Part shown: one piece after another, positions 36,043-45,609 of the stretch
How positions within the stretch are numbered: the first letter of the stretch is position 1
Layout: the number at the start of each line of letters is the position of its first letter
Assembly (NCBI GenBank): GCA_034667225.1
Contig: JAXDKG010000055.1
Location: 121,104 to 185,103 of the forward strand
Origin: Acidobacteriota bacterium
GTDB taxonomy: Bacteria; Acidobacteriota; Thermoanaerobaculia; Multivoradales; UBA5704
Length of the DNA: 64,000 bases
Direction: 5' to 3'
The notes under the pieces: model-generated
What the model was told of the DNA's origin: nothing
The model's input: the letters and a program-made list of their open reading frames with translations, nothing else
The model's database searches: none
Made by a program: the position numbers and the translations under genes

Positions 36043-37611
36043 TCAGCTCGCCTGGCGCATGAAGTGCCAGCGGAGGTCGCCCTCGATGGGGCGGAAGACC
36101 TCCGGGTGGATCTTGGACTCGAAGCGGCGCAGGAGAGAGGAGAGGTGCTCGCCGCGGGCAGCCAGCTCGAGGGCTTCCGCCGCGTCGCTGCCCGCCTTGC
36201 TGATGTAGGTCTGCCAGACCGCCTCGCGGATCGAGACCGAGCCCACCGAGACGTTCGGCAGTCTCGACACGCCCTTCTTGAGCAGGCTGAGCTTCTCCTT
36301 GAGGCTGCGCTCGTCGTCCATGGGCTCGCGCTGCCAGGGGGTGTATGGCTTCGGCACCAGCACGCTCACGCCCAGATGGACGTGCCCGATGATCCCCTTG
36401 GGCGCCAGCTCCTCCAGCATCACCGAACGCGCCCGGGCTCCCAGGTCGACGATGCCCTGCACGTCCTCCATCGTCTCCCCGGGCATCCCCACGATGAAGT
36501 AGAGCTTCAGGTTGGTCATGCCGTGGCGGAAGATCAGCCGGATCTTCTGAAGCAGGAAGTCGTTGGTGATCGGCTTGCCCATCTTGACCCGCAGCTCGTC
36601 CGTGCCGGTCTCGGGGGCAAGGGTGATGCTCCTGTCGCCAGAGGCGTGGAGGGCGTCCAGCACCCCCTCGGTCACCGCCGGGATGCGGATCGAGGAGACC
36701 GCGGTGCGGAAGCCGAGGGCGTTCGCCTCGCGCAGGATCTTCTCGATGTCCGGATGGTCGCCCACCGCCGTGGCCACGAAGCCGAGCTGGTTCGTGATCG
36801 GACGCGCCCGCTCCAGCGAGGCCAGGATGTACTCGGTCGGGTGCCAGCGGAACTTGCCCATCCCGAAAGTCGCCCAGCAGTACCGGCACTTTTCCGGACA
36901 GCCGCGGGACATCTCGATCAAAAACTTTTCCGAGAACTCCGTGCGCGGCGTGACGATCGAGGTCGTGGGCAGGAAGCCCGGCTGCTGCATCTGCGCCTCG
37001 GTCAGCTCCAGCTTGTTGAGCTTGGCGAGGCCGTCCGCGTCCTCTTCCGGATGATGGAACGCAGGGACGTAGAAGCCCGCCTGCGCCGCCAGCCGTTCGA
37101 TGACGGCCTCGCGGTCGTTCTCTTCTTCCAGGGTGGAGAGCAGCGGCGGCAGGCAATTTTCGGCCGCGCCGATGGCGAAGACATCGACGAACTCCGCCAT
37201 GGGCAGCGGGTTGATCGAGGCGCAGGAGCCGCCCATCACGATGACCGGGTCCCACGGCCGGCGTTGGCTTCGGCGCAGAGGGATGCGCGCGCGGTCGAGC
37301 ATCTGGAGGAGGTTGACGTAGTCCTGCTCGAAGGAGACCGAGAAGCAGATGCAGCCGAAGTCGTCGATGGTGCGCCGGCTCTCGACGGAGAGGGGCATGC
37401 CCTCGCCGTCGGTGAAGAAGCGCTCGCAGCTCCACTCCGGCCGGCGATGGACCAGCTCGTAGACGCGCTGGAACGCCAGGCTCGACATGGCCACGTGGTA
37501 CGTGTTCGCGTAGGCGAGGGCCAGGCGGTACGTCCCGTGAGGGGAGAAACGCTCCACCGGCCGCTCGTCAGCGACAAAGGGAGACCAGTCGTGGGCTTGC
37601 TGCTTCCTCAT
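36043..37611 (-). CDS. Radical SAM protein (B12-binding-like/YgiQ-related)
   Basis: IEMSRGCPEKCRYC, NP.PMAEFVD, TLAPETG, LKLYFIVGMPGET, VPKPYTP. Confidence 0.88.
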   Translation of the reverse strand: MRKQQAHDWSPFVADERPVERFSPHGTYRLALAYANTYHVAMSSLAFQRVYELVHRRPEWSCERFFTDGEGMPLSVESRRTIDDFGCICFSVSFEQDYVNLLQMLDRARIPLRRSQRRPWDPVIVMGGSCASINPLPMAEFVDVFAIGAAENCLPPLLSTLEEENDREAVIERLAAQAGFYVPAFHHPEEDADGLAKLNKLELTEAQMQQPGFLPTTSIVTPRTEFSEKFLIEMSRGCPEKCRYCWATFGMGKFRWHPTEYILASLERARPITNQLGFVATAVGDHPDIEKILREANALGFRTAVSSIRIPAVTEGVLDALHASGDRSITLAPETGTDELRVKMGKPITNDFLLQKIRLIFRHGMTNLKLYFIVGMPGETMEDVQGIVDLGARARSVMLEELAPKGIIGHVHLGVSVLVPKPYTPWQREPMDDERSLKEKLSLLKKGVSRLPNVSVGSVSIREAVWQTYISKAGSDAAEALELAARGEHLSSLLRRFESKIHPEVFRPIEGDLRWHFMRQAS

Positions 37612-37649
37612 TCGTAACTTAAACCCTTCCGGAGCTCCCTGAATTCCTG

Positions 37650-38750
37650 TCAGGCCGCGACCAGCCGCCAGGCGAGCTTCAAGGCGCCGTCGAGCCCCAG
37701 GCGGCGAGGCGGGAGCGTGCGGCCGTGGATGCCGAGGAGGCGGGAGAAGAGCGCCGGCTCGGCCGCCAGGGCACGGAGCGCGCGGCGGCGGAGGGCGGGC
37801 CGCCGCTCCATGCCGAGCACCAGGGAGGTCATGAAGTCGGGCAGGCGGGCGATCCGGCGGTGGGCCGCGGCGTAGAGGGAGAGATCGCCCGCGACCAGCG
37901 CTTCGACCAGGGCGGCGGAGTGGTGGAGCGCGACCGCCATGCCCTCGCCGGTGATGGCATCGAGATAGCCGGAGGCGTCCCCGATCAGGGCCACGTTCCC
38001 CCGGTGGACCCCGAGGACTTTCTGGTGCAGGGGTCCGGCACCGCGGTCCCGGGAGCCTACCGGCGCATTCGCGAGCCGCTCCTGCAAGGCAGGAAGGCGC
38101 TCTAATAGATCGTCGAAGTCCGACTTGCCGTCGCTCCAGAGCAGGGCGACGCCGATCTCGTCCGCTCCCACCGGGGTCACGTACGCCTCGCAGGAGGGAC
38201 CCCAGTGAACCTCCACGAGATCGGTCCAGGGGGGCATCGCATAGTGGCGGCGTACGCCGAAGCGCCGGAGCGGTCCCGGTCCGCCTTCGAGGCCAGCCCA
38301 CTTCCGCACCCTGGAGAGGAGACCGTCCGCTCCCGCAATCCAGCGCGCCTGGATCTTCCCCTGGTCGGTGAGGACGCCGTCGGGTTCGAGCCCCAGGGCG
38401 GAGACGCCCCAGAGCAGCTCGACCCCAGCCTCCTCCGCCCGGCGGACCAGGGCCTCATGGAGTTGGACGCGGCGAACGCCGAGCCCTCCCGCCTGGGGAA
38501 AGATCCCGTCGGCTACGAGGTCGCCGTCCACGTAGCGAATGCCCCGGAAGGGGAAACCCGCCGGATCGACCCCGATTTCCCGGAGGCGGGCCACGGCGTC
38601 AGGCATCAGCCCCTCGCCGCAGGCCTTGTCGATCGGGGGATGGAAGCGCTCCAGGACGGCCACGTCGAGCCCGGCGAGCCGGGCGCGGATGGCGGTGGCG
38701 AGCCCGGATGGGCCGCCGCCAATGACGAGAAGGTCGAGGAGGTCAGCCAT
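37650..38750 (-). CDS. FAD-dependent oxidoreductase/monooxygenase (SrsC-like position)
   Basis: GGGPSG, DKACGEGLMP, GADG, LIGDASGYLDAITGEG; last gene of the PKS cluster. Confidence 0.85.
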   Translation of the reverse strand: MADLLDLLVIGGGPSGLATAIRARLAGLDVAVLERFHPPIDKACGEGLMPDAVARLREIGVDPAGFPFRGIRYVDGDLVADGIFPQAGGLGVRRVQLHEALVRRAEEAGVELLWGVSALGLEPDGVLTDQGKIQARWIAGADGLLSRVRKWAGLEGGPGPLRRFGVRRHYAMPPWTDLVEVHWGPSCEAYVTPVGADEIGVALLWSDGKSDFDDLLERLPALQERLANAPVGSRDRGAGPLHQKVLGVHRGNVALIGDASGYLDAITGEGMAVALHHSAALVEALVAGDLSLYAAAHRRIARLPDFMTSLVLGMERRPALRRRALRALAAEPALFSRLLGIHGRTLPPRRLGLDGALKLAWRLVAA

Positions 38751-40488
38751 TGCGGCTCCACCGATACCGCGCATAAGCCAACCCCGAGCGAGCCATGGCC
38801 CCCGCCATCCGCAAAGGGGTCACCGGCTCAGGCGGTTGGAGCTCGCCGGCAAGCCAGAGGCGCAGAGCCTCCTGCCGCCGGAGCTTTCCCGACGAGGTAC
38901 GGGGAATAGTCCCAGGCTCCAGCACGACGACCTCGTCGACCGCGAGACCGACAGCTCCGAGCACGGCTTCGCGGCAGGCCTCCGGGAGCGCTTCGAGCTG
39001 TTGGGGAGTTGCATTCCGTGCCTCTTCCACGAGGAGCACGAGGCGTTCGCCGTCGGCGTCCTCAGGCAACCAGCTCACGGCCACGGCGCAGCCGGTTCGG
39101 ACCCCGGGGACGCTTTCGAGAGAGCGCTCGATCTCCTCGGGCGCGTAGTTCCTTCCCCGGAGGATGACCACGTCCTTGGCGCGTCCGGTCAGGTAGAGCT
39201 CGCCGCCGCGCAGAAAACCGAGGTCTCCGGTGTCGAGCCAGCCGTCGCGCAAGGCTCGGGCGGTGGCCTCGGGCGCGTCCAGGTATCCCTCCATCAGAGA
39301 CGGACCCTGAATCCAGATCCGTCCCACCCGGCCGGGCGGCAGCACATGACTCTCCTCGTCGCGGATCTCCAGGTCGAACCCGGGCAGCGGCCGGCCCACG
39401 GAGACAATCTCGCGGCCCTCCTCCGCTTCCAGGACGAGCCCCTCACGGGCCAGGGCCTCGCGCTCCACCCGGATGGAGCGGAACAGGCGGCCCGGATCGG
39501 AAAAGGTCACGGCCAGGGACGCTTCCGAAAGGCCATAGACGGGAGTGAGCGCCTCGGGCCGGAAGCCCCAGCGGGCGAAACGCTCGCAGAAGGCGCGGAG
39601 CACCGGGGGAGAGACCGCCTCGGCGCCGTTGAGCGCGGTATGCCAGGAGGAGAGGTCGACCCCCTCCATCTCGGCGTCGGAGATGCGGGCGAGGCAGAGC
39701 GCGTAGGCGAAGTTGGGGGCCGGCGAGATCGTCCCCCGCCAGCGGGAGATCGCGCGCAGCCAGACGGCCGGGCGCGCCACGAACTGCTCCGGGCCGAGCA
39801 GGGTCAGGGAGGCGTCCCGGTCCAGGGCGCCGAACACGCAGCCGATCAGCCCCATGTCGTGGTAGAGCGGGAGCCAGGACACGCCGCTCTCCCGATGACC
39901 ATCCGTATCCTGCCAGCAGCCGTTGATGGCGTGAACCTGGGCGACCAGGGCACGATGGCTGAGGGCCACCGGCTTGGGCTCGACCGTCGTTCCCGAGGAG
40001 AACTGAACCAAGCCGAGGTCGGAGGGATCGACCCGCACCGCTTCTCCATCCTTCCGGCGGACCTCGTCCACCGTGCGGCAACCGAGCGGCGGGCGGGCCG
40101 CGGCGACCGCCTCGCCCAGGATGCGGCGCACCCGGGCATCCGCCAGAACCAGCCGGGCGCCCGAGACCTCCAGCATCCGGGCCGTGCGCCGGAAGTATTC
40201 GTCCAGACGTCCGAGCCGGACCGGAGGGTAGAGAGGGACCGGGACGGCTCCGGCCAGGAGGATGCCAAAGAGAGCTTCGAAAAACTCCAGCCCCGTCGGG
40301 AAGACGAGAGCCACCCGCTCGCCGCGATGGATCCCGAGGTCGCGCAAACCGCCGCAGACACCCTGGGCCCGCTCCCGGATCTCCGCCCAACCGACCCACC
40401 GGTCGCGCTCAGCCCGATCCAGGAAGCGAAGTCCCCCGTCGGGGTGCTGGCCGGCGCGTTCCAGGAGGTCGATGAGCGTGTCAGGCAC
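38743..40488 (-). CDS. Fatty acyl-AMP ligase
   Basis: QFSSGTT..PK, SWLPLYHDMGLIG, PNFAY, YGLSE, TGDLG, PRTSSGK; adjacent ACP. Confidence 0.92.
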   Translation of the reverse strand: MPDTLIDLLERAGQHPDGGLRFLDRAERDRWVGWAEIRERAQGVCGGLRDLGIHRGERVALVFPTGLEFFEALFGILLAGAVPVPLYPPVRLGRLDEYFRRTARMLEVSGARLVLADARVRRILGEAVAAARPPLGCRTVDEVRRKDGEAVRVDPSDLGLVQFSSGTTVEPKPVALSHRALVAQVHAINGCWQDTDGHRESGVSWLPLYHDMGLIGCVFGALDRDASLTLLGPEQFVARPAVWLRAISRWRGTISPAPNFAYALCLARISDAEMEGVDLSSWHTALNGAEAVSPPVLRAFCERFARWGFRPEALTPVYGLSEASLAVTFSDPGRLFRSIRVEREALAREGLVLEAEEGREIVSVGRPLPGFDLEIRDEESHVLPPGRVGRIWIQGPSLMEGYLDAPEATARALRDGWLDTGDLGFLRGGELYLTGRAKDVVILRGRNYAPEEIERSLESVPGVRTGCAVAVSWLPEDADGERLVLLVEEARNATPQQLEALPEACREAVLGAVGLAVDEVVVLEPGTIPRTSSGKLRRQEALRLWLAGELQPPEPVTPLRMAGAMARSGLAYARYRWSRNG

Positions 40489-40723
40489 CGAGCTTCCTCC
40501 GGACGATCGCGACTAGGTCGCCTACCGTCTCGATGGCGAGCTCGTCCGCCTCGTCGAGGAGGACGCGGAAGCGGTTCTCGACCTCGGCGGCCAGGGTAAG
40601 CAGCCGGATCGAGTCGAGGCGCAGGTCTTCCACGAGCCGCATGTCCGCGGTGAGCGGACCCTGCCATCCCAGGTGCTGCTGCGCCACCTGCGCGATGCCT
40701 TCGAGAATCGTCGCGTCAATCAT
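40481..40723 (-). CDS. Acyl carrier protein
   Basis: DLRLDSIRLL (DS phosphopantetheine site), EVENRF, TVGDLV; 80 aa. Confidence 0.92.
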   Translation of the reverse strand: MIDATILEGIAQVAQQHLGWQGPLTADMRLVEDLRLDSIRLLTLAAEVENRFRVLLDEADELAIETVGDLVAIVRRKLGA

Positions 40724-41280
40724 GGAATCAACCGCGGTCGGCCCGCGAACACCTCATCATAGCTGGACAGCCGTGAGAGCCCCTCCTCCTCGGCCCGGAT
40801 GCGGACGCTCAGCAGAAGTGCATTCAGCAAGGAGAAGGCCAGGGCGGTCAGCCAGGCTGTATGGACGAGCGGCAACGAGACGATCTCCAGGATGACGGCG
40901 AGGTAGTTCGGATGCCGCAGCCAGCGATAGGGTCCGCCGGTGATCGGGGCAATGCCCGGCAGGCAGATGATGCGGGTGGTCCAGCGCTCCCCCAGAGTGG
41001 AGATGACCCAGTAGCGCAGCGCGAAAGCGGCAAGGAAGAGGGCCAGGGCGGTGAATCCCAGCCAGGGGATGAACGGCCGGTCGAGGAGCCAGACCTCCGC
41101 CACGCAGGCGATCAGCCAGATGGTATGAAGAGCGACCATCCAGGGGTAATGGCCGGGCGAGACCTCGATCCCGCCGCGCGCCAGGAGCAGCCGCCGGTTG
41201 CGGTTCGCGATCCGAACCTCCAGCAGCCGGCCCACCGCGGCCAGGATCACCAGCGCGGTGAAGAGGGTGCGGGAGTCCAT
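40720..41280 (-). CDS. Isoprenylcysteine carboxyl methyltransferase-family protein (SrsB-like)
   Basis: HYPWMVALH, LRYWVI.TLG.RWTTRI, GPYRWLRHPNY, RI.AEE. Confidence 0.9.
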   Translation of the reverse strand: MDSRTLFTALVILAAVGRLLEVRIANRNRRLLLARGGIEVSPGHYPWMVALHTIWLIACVAEVWLLDRPFIPWLGFTALALFLAAFALRYWVISTLGERWTTRIICLPGIAPITGGPYRWLRHPNYLAVILEIVSLPLVHTAWLTALAFSLLNALLLSVRIRAEEEGLSRLSSYDEVFAGRPRLIP

Positions 41281-41297
41281 TGTCTTACCTGGCGGGA

Positions 41298-42347
41298 TTA
41301 CCAGCGGAGCAGCACCAGCTCCGAGCAGAAGCCGGGGCCCATGGCCGTGATCATGCCCCAGCTCCCTGGAGCCGGGCGATGGTTTTCCAGAGTCTCGGCC
41401 AGGACCAGCAGGACCGACGTGGAGGACAGATTCCCGACCTCTTGCAGAGAGCGCCAGGTCACGTCGAGCGCGCCCTCGGGGAGCTCCAACGAGTCCTGCA
41501 TCGCCTCCAGCACCTTGGGGCCTCCGGGGTGGCAGACCCAGGAAGAGATGTCGGCTCGGGTCAAGCCCTGGTCGGCCAGAAAGGCGTCCACGTCCCGCCG
41601 CAGGAACTGCCGCACCACATCCGGCACCTCGGCCGAGAGAACGATCTTGAAGCCGTCCTGGGAGATGTCCCAGCCCATGACCTGCTCCGAGTCGGGGTAG
41701 AAGATGGAGCGGGTTGCGATGATCTCGGGGCCGTCCGAGGGGCGGTCGTCCCCCACCACCAGGGCGGCGGCGGCGCCGTCGCCGAAAAGGCCCGAGGCGA
41801 TCAGGTTGGGGATGGAGAGGTCCTCGGCCTGGAGCGTCAGGGAGCAGAGCTCGACCGAGAGGAGGACGGCCACCTGGTCCGGAAAAGCGCGGACGTAATC
41901 AGCCGCCCGGGCGATCCCGGCCGCGCCGGCCACGCAGCCGAGCCCGAAGATGGGCATCCTCTTCACCCGCGGCGGCAGGCCGAGCTGGTTCATGAGACGG
42001 GCATCGATCGACGGGGTGGCCACGCCCGTGACCGTCACGAAAATCAGGGCGTCCACATCCTCCGTGGAGAGATTGGCGCGGGAGAGGCCGTCGAGCACCG
42101 CCTGGCCTCCGACCTCCTGGGCGACCCGGATCCAGGCGTTGTTCGCGTCACCCCAGGTGGCGAGCTGCTCGTACTCCTCGATGGGCAGCGCCAGATGGCG
42201 CCCACCGACCAGGACGTTGCGGTGCAGCCGCTCCAGCCTGTCCGGGTTGAAATACCGGTCCGCCCAGCGTCGCTGGAGAGCGGCTAGCAGGGCCGTCTGG
42301 TCGTAGTAGTGGGGCGGCAGAGCCCGCCCGACAGCAGCGATCTTCAA
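41298..42347 (-). CDS. Type III polyketide synthase (SrsA-like)
   Basis: Cys-His-Asn triad: GLGCVAG, CHPGGPKV, GNLSS; MGPGF; TTG start with GGAGG RBS. Confidence 0.93.
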   Translation of the reverse strand: MKIAAVGRALPPHYYDQTALLAALQRRWADRYFNPDRLERLHRNVLVGGRHLALPIEEYEQLATWGDANNAWIRVAQEVGGQAVLDGLSRANLSTEDVDALIFVTVTGVATPSIDARLMNQLGLPPRVKRMPIFGLGCVAGAAGIARAADYVRAFPDQVAVLLSVELCSLTLQAEDLSIPNLIASGLFGDGAAAALVVGDDRPSDGPEIIATRSIFYPDSEQVMGWDISQDGFKIVLSAEVPDVVRQFLRRDVDAFLADQGLTRADISSWVCHPGGPKVLEAMQDSLELPEGALDVTWRSLQEVGNLSSTSVLLVLAETLENHRPAPGSWGMITAMGPGFCSELVLLRW

Positions 42348-42386
42348 GGATGCGCGACCTCCCGACGAAGAAAACCGTGGTCGAGG

Positions 42387-42923
42387 CTACTCTTGTTCCA
42401 GGTGGTCGATCCGCTCCTCGGCCGGCTCCGACCGAAATTCGGGAGCCGGCTGACGGATCGGGACCGGCTCGGCCGCCGGCAGAGGCTCGACGCCGAGCCC
42501 CAATCCGGCTGCCACCCCGCTCAGCAGCAGCCCGCAAAGGGAGTAGAGCACCCACCAGGACAGCACGAGCAGCCACCAGGGCCGGGGAGACAGCCCGGCG
42601 AACCCCACCACCGTCACCACGAGGAGCGGACCCCGGAACACCCAGGCGATCCAGCCGGTGAGCAGGCCGGAGGTCCATCCCCAGCCACGCCCATGCACGA
42701 GCAGGAAGAGCGCGGCCAGGCCGAGGGCCTCCAGAGTCCAGGTCGCCAGGCTCACATAGCCGGGCAGGGCGATCCCGCCCCCGAGATCTGACGGGTCCAC
42801 CTGGAGCCCGAGCATCTCCATGGCGAACTGGAACAAGGCCATCGTCAGGATCAGGAGCGGGAGGGCGAGGAGGAGGAAGCGTCTCAAAGGATGCCGATCA
42901 TATCGCAAGGGCTCAAAGGACAT
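42387..42923 (-). CDS. Multi-pass membrane hypothetical protein
   Basis: About four hydrophobic helices from MSFEPLRY; only the C-terminal part of track ORF 42387..43916 looks coding. Confidence 0.65.
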   Translation of the reverse strand: MSFEPLRYDRHPLRRFLLLALPLLILTMALFQFAMEMLGLQVDPSDLGGGIALPGYVSLATWTLEALGLAALFLLVHGRGWGWTSGLLTGWIAWVFRGPLLVVTVVGFAGLSPRPWWLLVLSWWVLYSLCGLLLSGVAAGLGLGVEPLPAAEPVPIRQPAPEFRSEPAEERIDHLEQE

Positions 42924-42959
42924 CCGCACCGCGATGCAGGGCGTATACACTGGTGGCGC

Positions 42960-43694
42960 ATGAGATCCGGCAGCCCCACCCTCGTCGTCTTCACCCTCGG
43001 CCCGGGGGTGGAGAGCGCGCGCCGCGGCCTGCTCCCCGACCCACTGCGCGGCGTGGAAGGAGAAGTCTGGCAAGGCTGCCTGTCCGCCACCCTCGAAGCG
43101 GGCCGCGCCGTCGGATGTGAGCTGGAGGTCTGCTCGCCCGCTCCTCTCGACCTGCCCGGGGACGCCCGGCACGTTCCCCAGATGGGCGACGGCTTCGGCT
43201 CCCGTCTCGAAAAAGCAATGACGCGATCCTTGGGGTCCTTCTCCGGACCCCTCCTCGTGGTCGGGACCGACGTCCCCGGGTTGGCGGCCCGGCATCTGGC
43301 CCAGGCCCTGAGCCTGCTGGCCGAGGACCCCGACCGCGTCGTGCTCGGTCCGAGCCCGGACGGCGGCTTCTACCTTCTGGCGGCGAGCCGTCCGATCGCG
43401 GGCCTCGCCGGCGCGACACGCTGGTGCCGGCGCGACACGCTCCGCGGACTGATGCGCGCGCTCCGGATTGCCGGCCGGCCGGTAGTCCTGCTCGAGCCCC
43501 TCGCGGACCTCGACCACCGCGCCGACCTGGAGACCTGGGTGGCAAAAAGGGACGTGCGCTGGCAGGTGGTGATCCGCCTGCTGCGCCGGCTCCTCTCCGG
43601 GCTCCGCCGCCCCGCTGTCCCCCTGCTCGTCGGCCGTCCTCGGCCGGCGCTCGTCCCGGTCCGCGCCGGGCGCGCCCCGCCTCGCCCTCTCTGA
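42960..43694 (+). CDS. DUF2064 (glycosyltransferase-like, CofC-related) protein
   Basis: Q.GDGFG.RL..A, VVGTDVPGL, VVLGPSPDGGFYLL, L.DLDH..DL. Confidence 0.85.
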   Translation: MRSGSPTLVVFTLGPGVESARRGLLPDPLRGVEGEVWQGCLSATLEAGRAVGCELEVCSPAPLDLPGDARHVPQMGDGFGSRLEKAMTRSLGSFSGPLLVVGTDVPGLAARHLAQALSLLAEDPDRVVLGPSPDGGFYLLAASRPIAGLAGATRWCRRDTLRGLMRALRIAGRPVVLLEPLADLDHRADLETWVAKRDVRWQVVIRLLRRLLSGLRRPAVPLLVGRPRPALVPVRAGRAPPRPL

Positions 43695-43749
43695 TCTCCA
43701 AGCCGCCGCTTTCTGTTTTCTTGATCCAGACCGCTGGAGGAGATCGTTC

Positions 43750-43797
43750 ATGGCGATCGAAGTGGAAACCATCGTTCGAGATGCCGAGCTGAGATGA
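43750..43797 (+). CDS. 15-aa ORF MAIEVETIVRDAELR coupled to the radical SAM gene
   Basis: Strong GGAGGAG RBS; its TGA overlaps the radical SAM ATG (ATGA). Confidence 0.5.
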   Translation: MAIEVETIVRDAELR

Positions 43798-44654
43798 CCG
43801 CGCCTCAGGTCTCTCTCCTGTCGCTCGACACCCTCTGGTTCCAGGTGGGAGGCACAGTCTGTAACCTGGCCTGCACCCACTGTTTCATCTCCTGCTCCCC
43901 GACGAACCACACGCACGAGTTCATGCCGCTCGGTCAGGTGAAGACCTACCTCGACGAGGCATCCCGGCTGGGAGTCCGCGAGTACTACTTCACGGGCGGC
44001 GAGCCCTTCCTCAATCCCGATATGGAAGCGATCCTGGAGGCGACGCTGGAGGTCGGCCCAGCCACCGTGCTGACGAATGGGCTCCTCCTCGATCCGGCCC
44101 GCTGCGCCCGGCTCAAGGAGATGGAGCGGAGGTCCGACTACTCCCTCGACTTCCGGGTCTCGCTGGACGGCTACGACGCCGCCACCAACGATCCGATCCG
44201 CGGTGAGGGGACCTTCGAGCGCATCCTGCGCGGGGTCCGCAACCTAGCCGAGGCCGGGCTCAACCCGGTCATCACGGTGACCGAGGTCTGCCGGGAAGCG
44301 GGGACCAACGCGGGCAAGGAGCGGTTCTTCCAACTCCTTCGATCTCTGGGGATCGACCGGCCTCGGCTCAAGATCCTCCCCGTCTTCCAGATCGGCGCCG
44401 AGGCCGAGCGCGGCGGCGCGTATGAAAGCTGGCAGCGATTGCGCGAGGGGGACGTGCCCGAGGGGGGCTGGGACCATCTTCAGTGCAGCGCATGCCGGAT
44501 GGTCACGGACCAGGGCGTCTGGGTCTGCCCGATCCTGGTCAACGAGCCCTCCGCGCGGATGGGCGAGACCCTGGCCGACACCCTCGGGAGCTTTCCCCTC
44601 GACCATCCTGCCTGCTGGACCTGCCACGCCTACGGAGTGAGCTGTAAGACATGA
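43794..44654 (+). CDS. Radical SAM protein with Cys-rich C-terminus
   Basis: CNLACTHC, FTGGEPF, LTNG, VSLDG; C-terminal QCSACRM..CPIL..CWTC. Confidence 0.9.
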   Translation: MTAPQVSLLSLDTLWFQVGGTVCNLACTHCFISCSPTNHTHEFMPLGQVKTYLDEASRLGVREYYFTGGEPFLNPDMEAILEATLEVGPATVLTNGLLLDPARCARLKEMERRSDYSLDFRVSLDGYDAATNDPIRGEGTFERILRGVRNLAEAGLNPVITVTEVCREAGTNAGKERFFQLLRSLGIDRPRLKILPVFQIGAEAERGGAYESWQRLREGDVPEGGWDHLQCSACRMVTDQGVWVCPILVNEPSARMGETLADTLGSFPLDHPACWTCHAYGVSCKT

Positions 44655-45598
44655 CGAAGCTGACGATTCATCGCGGAATGGCAACCTGGGGGGAGAAGCT
44701 GGTCCCTCTGGGCGAGTTCCGCCAGGCCGCCGCCGAAGCGGGCCGGGTGCTCGCGGCCGGGGAGCGGGAGGCGGCGCTCCGTTCCTACCGCTCCTCGGAG
44801 CCGGACCCGACTCCCGTGGAGGGGCCGTACTCGCGCATCGCGGTCTTCGGCGGGATCTACAGCAATCATTACTCCCTGGCCGCTCTCCTGGAAGACGCCG
44901 CGCGCCGGGGAGCCGAGGCGGTCTACTGTCTGGGCGATCTGGGCGCCTTCGGGCCGAATCCCGAGAAGGTCCGGCCGCTGCTCGAGCAGGGGGGAGTGCT
45001 CTCCATCCAGGGCAACTACGAAGAGTCTCTCGCCTCGGGCCGGGAGGACTGCAACTGCGGCTACACCGATCCGCGGGACAATCACTTCGCGGAGATCTCG
45101 TATCGCTACACCGAGCGGCACTGCTCGCCGGACTTCAAATCCTGGATGGGTACGCTGCCGCGCCGGCGCCGGGTCAGGGTCGGAAACCGCGAGCTGCTCC
45201 TCATCCACGGCTCGCCCCGGCGCATCAACGAGTTCCTGTTCCAGAGCACCTCGCCGGTGCCGTTCCTCGAAGTGCTGCTCGATCAGAACGGCTGCGACGG
45301 AATCCTCTGCACCCACACCGGCCTGCACTGGCATCGGTATCTGCCCTCGGGGCGGGACGTGGTCAACGTGGGAGTCATCGGCCGGCCGGCCAACGACGGC
45401 AACACCCACGTCTGGTACTCGATACTGGACGAAACAGGCGTCGAGCTGATTCCTCTTGTCTACGACTACAGGTCGTTGGCCGCCGAGATGCGAAGAGAGA
45501 GGCTGCCGGACGAATTCATTGAGACCGTCATGACCGGCTGGTGGACCACCTGCCTGGAAATCCTGCCCGCCCGCGAGAGGGCGGCATCTAGATACTGA
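44651..45598 (+). CDS. Metallophosphoesterase-family protein, atypical motifs
   Basis: GGIYSN, CLGDL, QGNYE, CNCGY, IHGSP, CTHTG, NVGVIG.P. Confidence 0.82.
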   Translation: MTKLTIHRGMATWGEKLVPLGEFRQAAAEAGRVLAAGEREAALRSYRSSEPDPTPVEGPYSRIAVFGGIYSNHYSLAALLEDAARRGAEAVYCLGDLGAFGPNPEKVRPLLEQGGVLSIQGNYEESLASGREDCNCGYTDPRDNHFAEISYRYTERHCSPDFKSWMGTLPRRRRVRVGNRELLLIHGSPRRINEFLFQSTSPVPFLEVLLDQNGCDGILCTHTGLHWHRYLPSGRDVVNVGVIGRPANDGNTHVWYSILDETGVELIPLVYDYRSLAAEMRRERLPDEFIETVMTGWWTTCLEILPARERAASRY

Positions 45599-45609
45599 GG
45601 AGACAAGAC

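Noticed and set aside
43795-43797. Selenocysteine read-through of the TGA ending the 15-aa ORF
   Set aside because: The continuation is off-frame to the radical SAM gene and non-protein-like; ATGA coupling explains the TGA.
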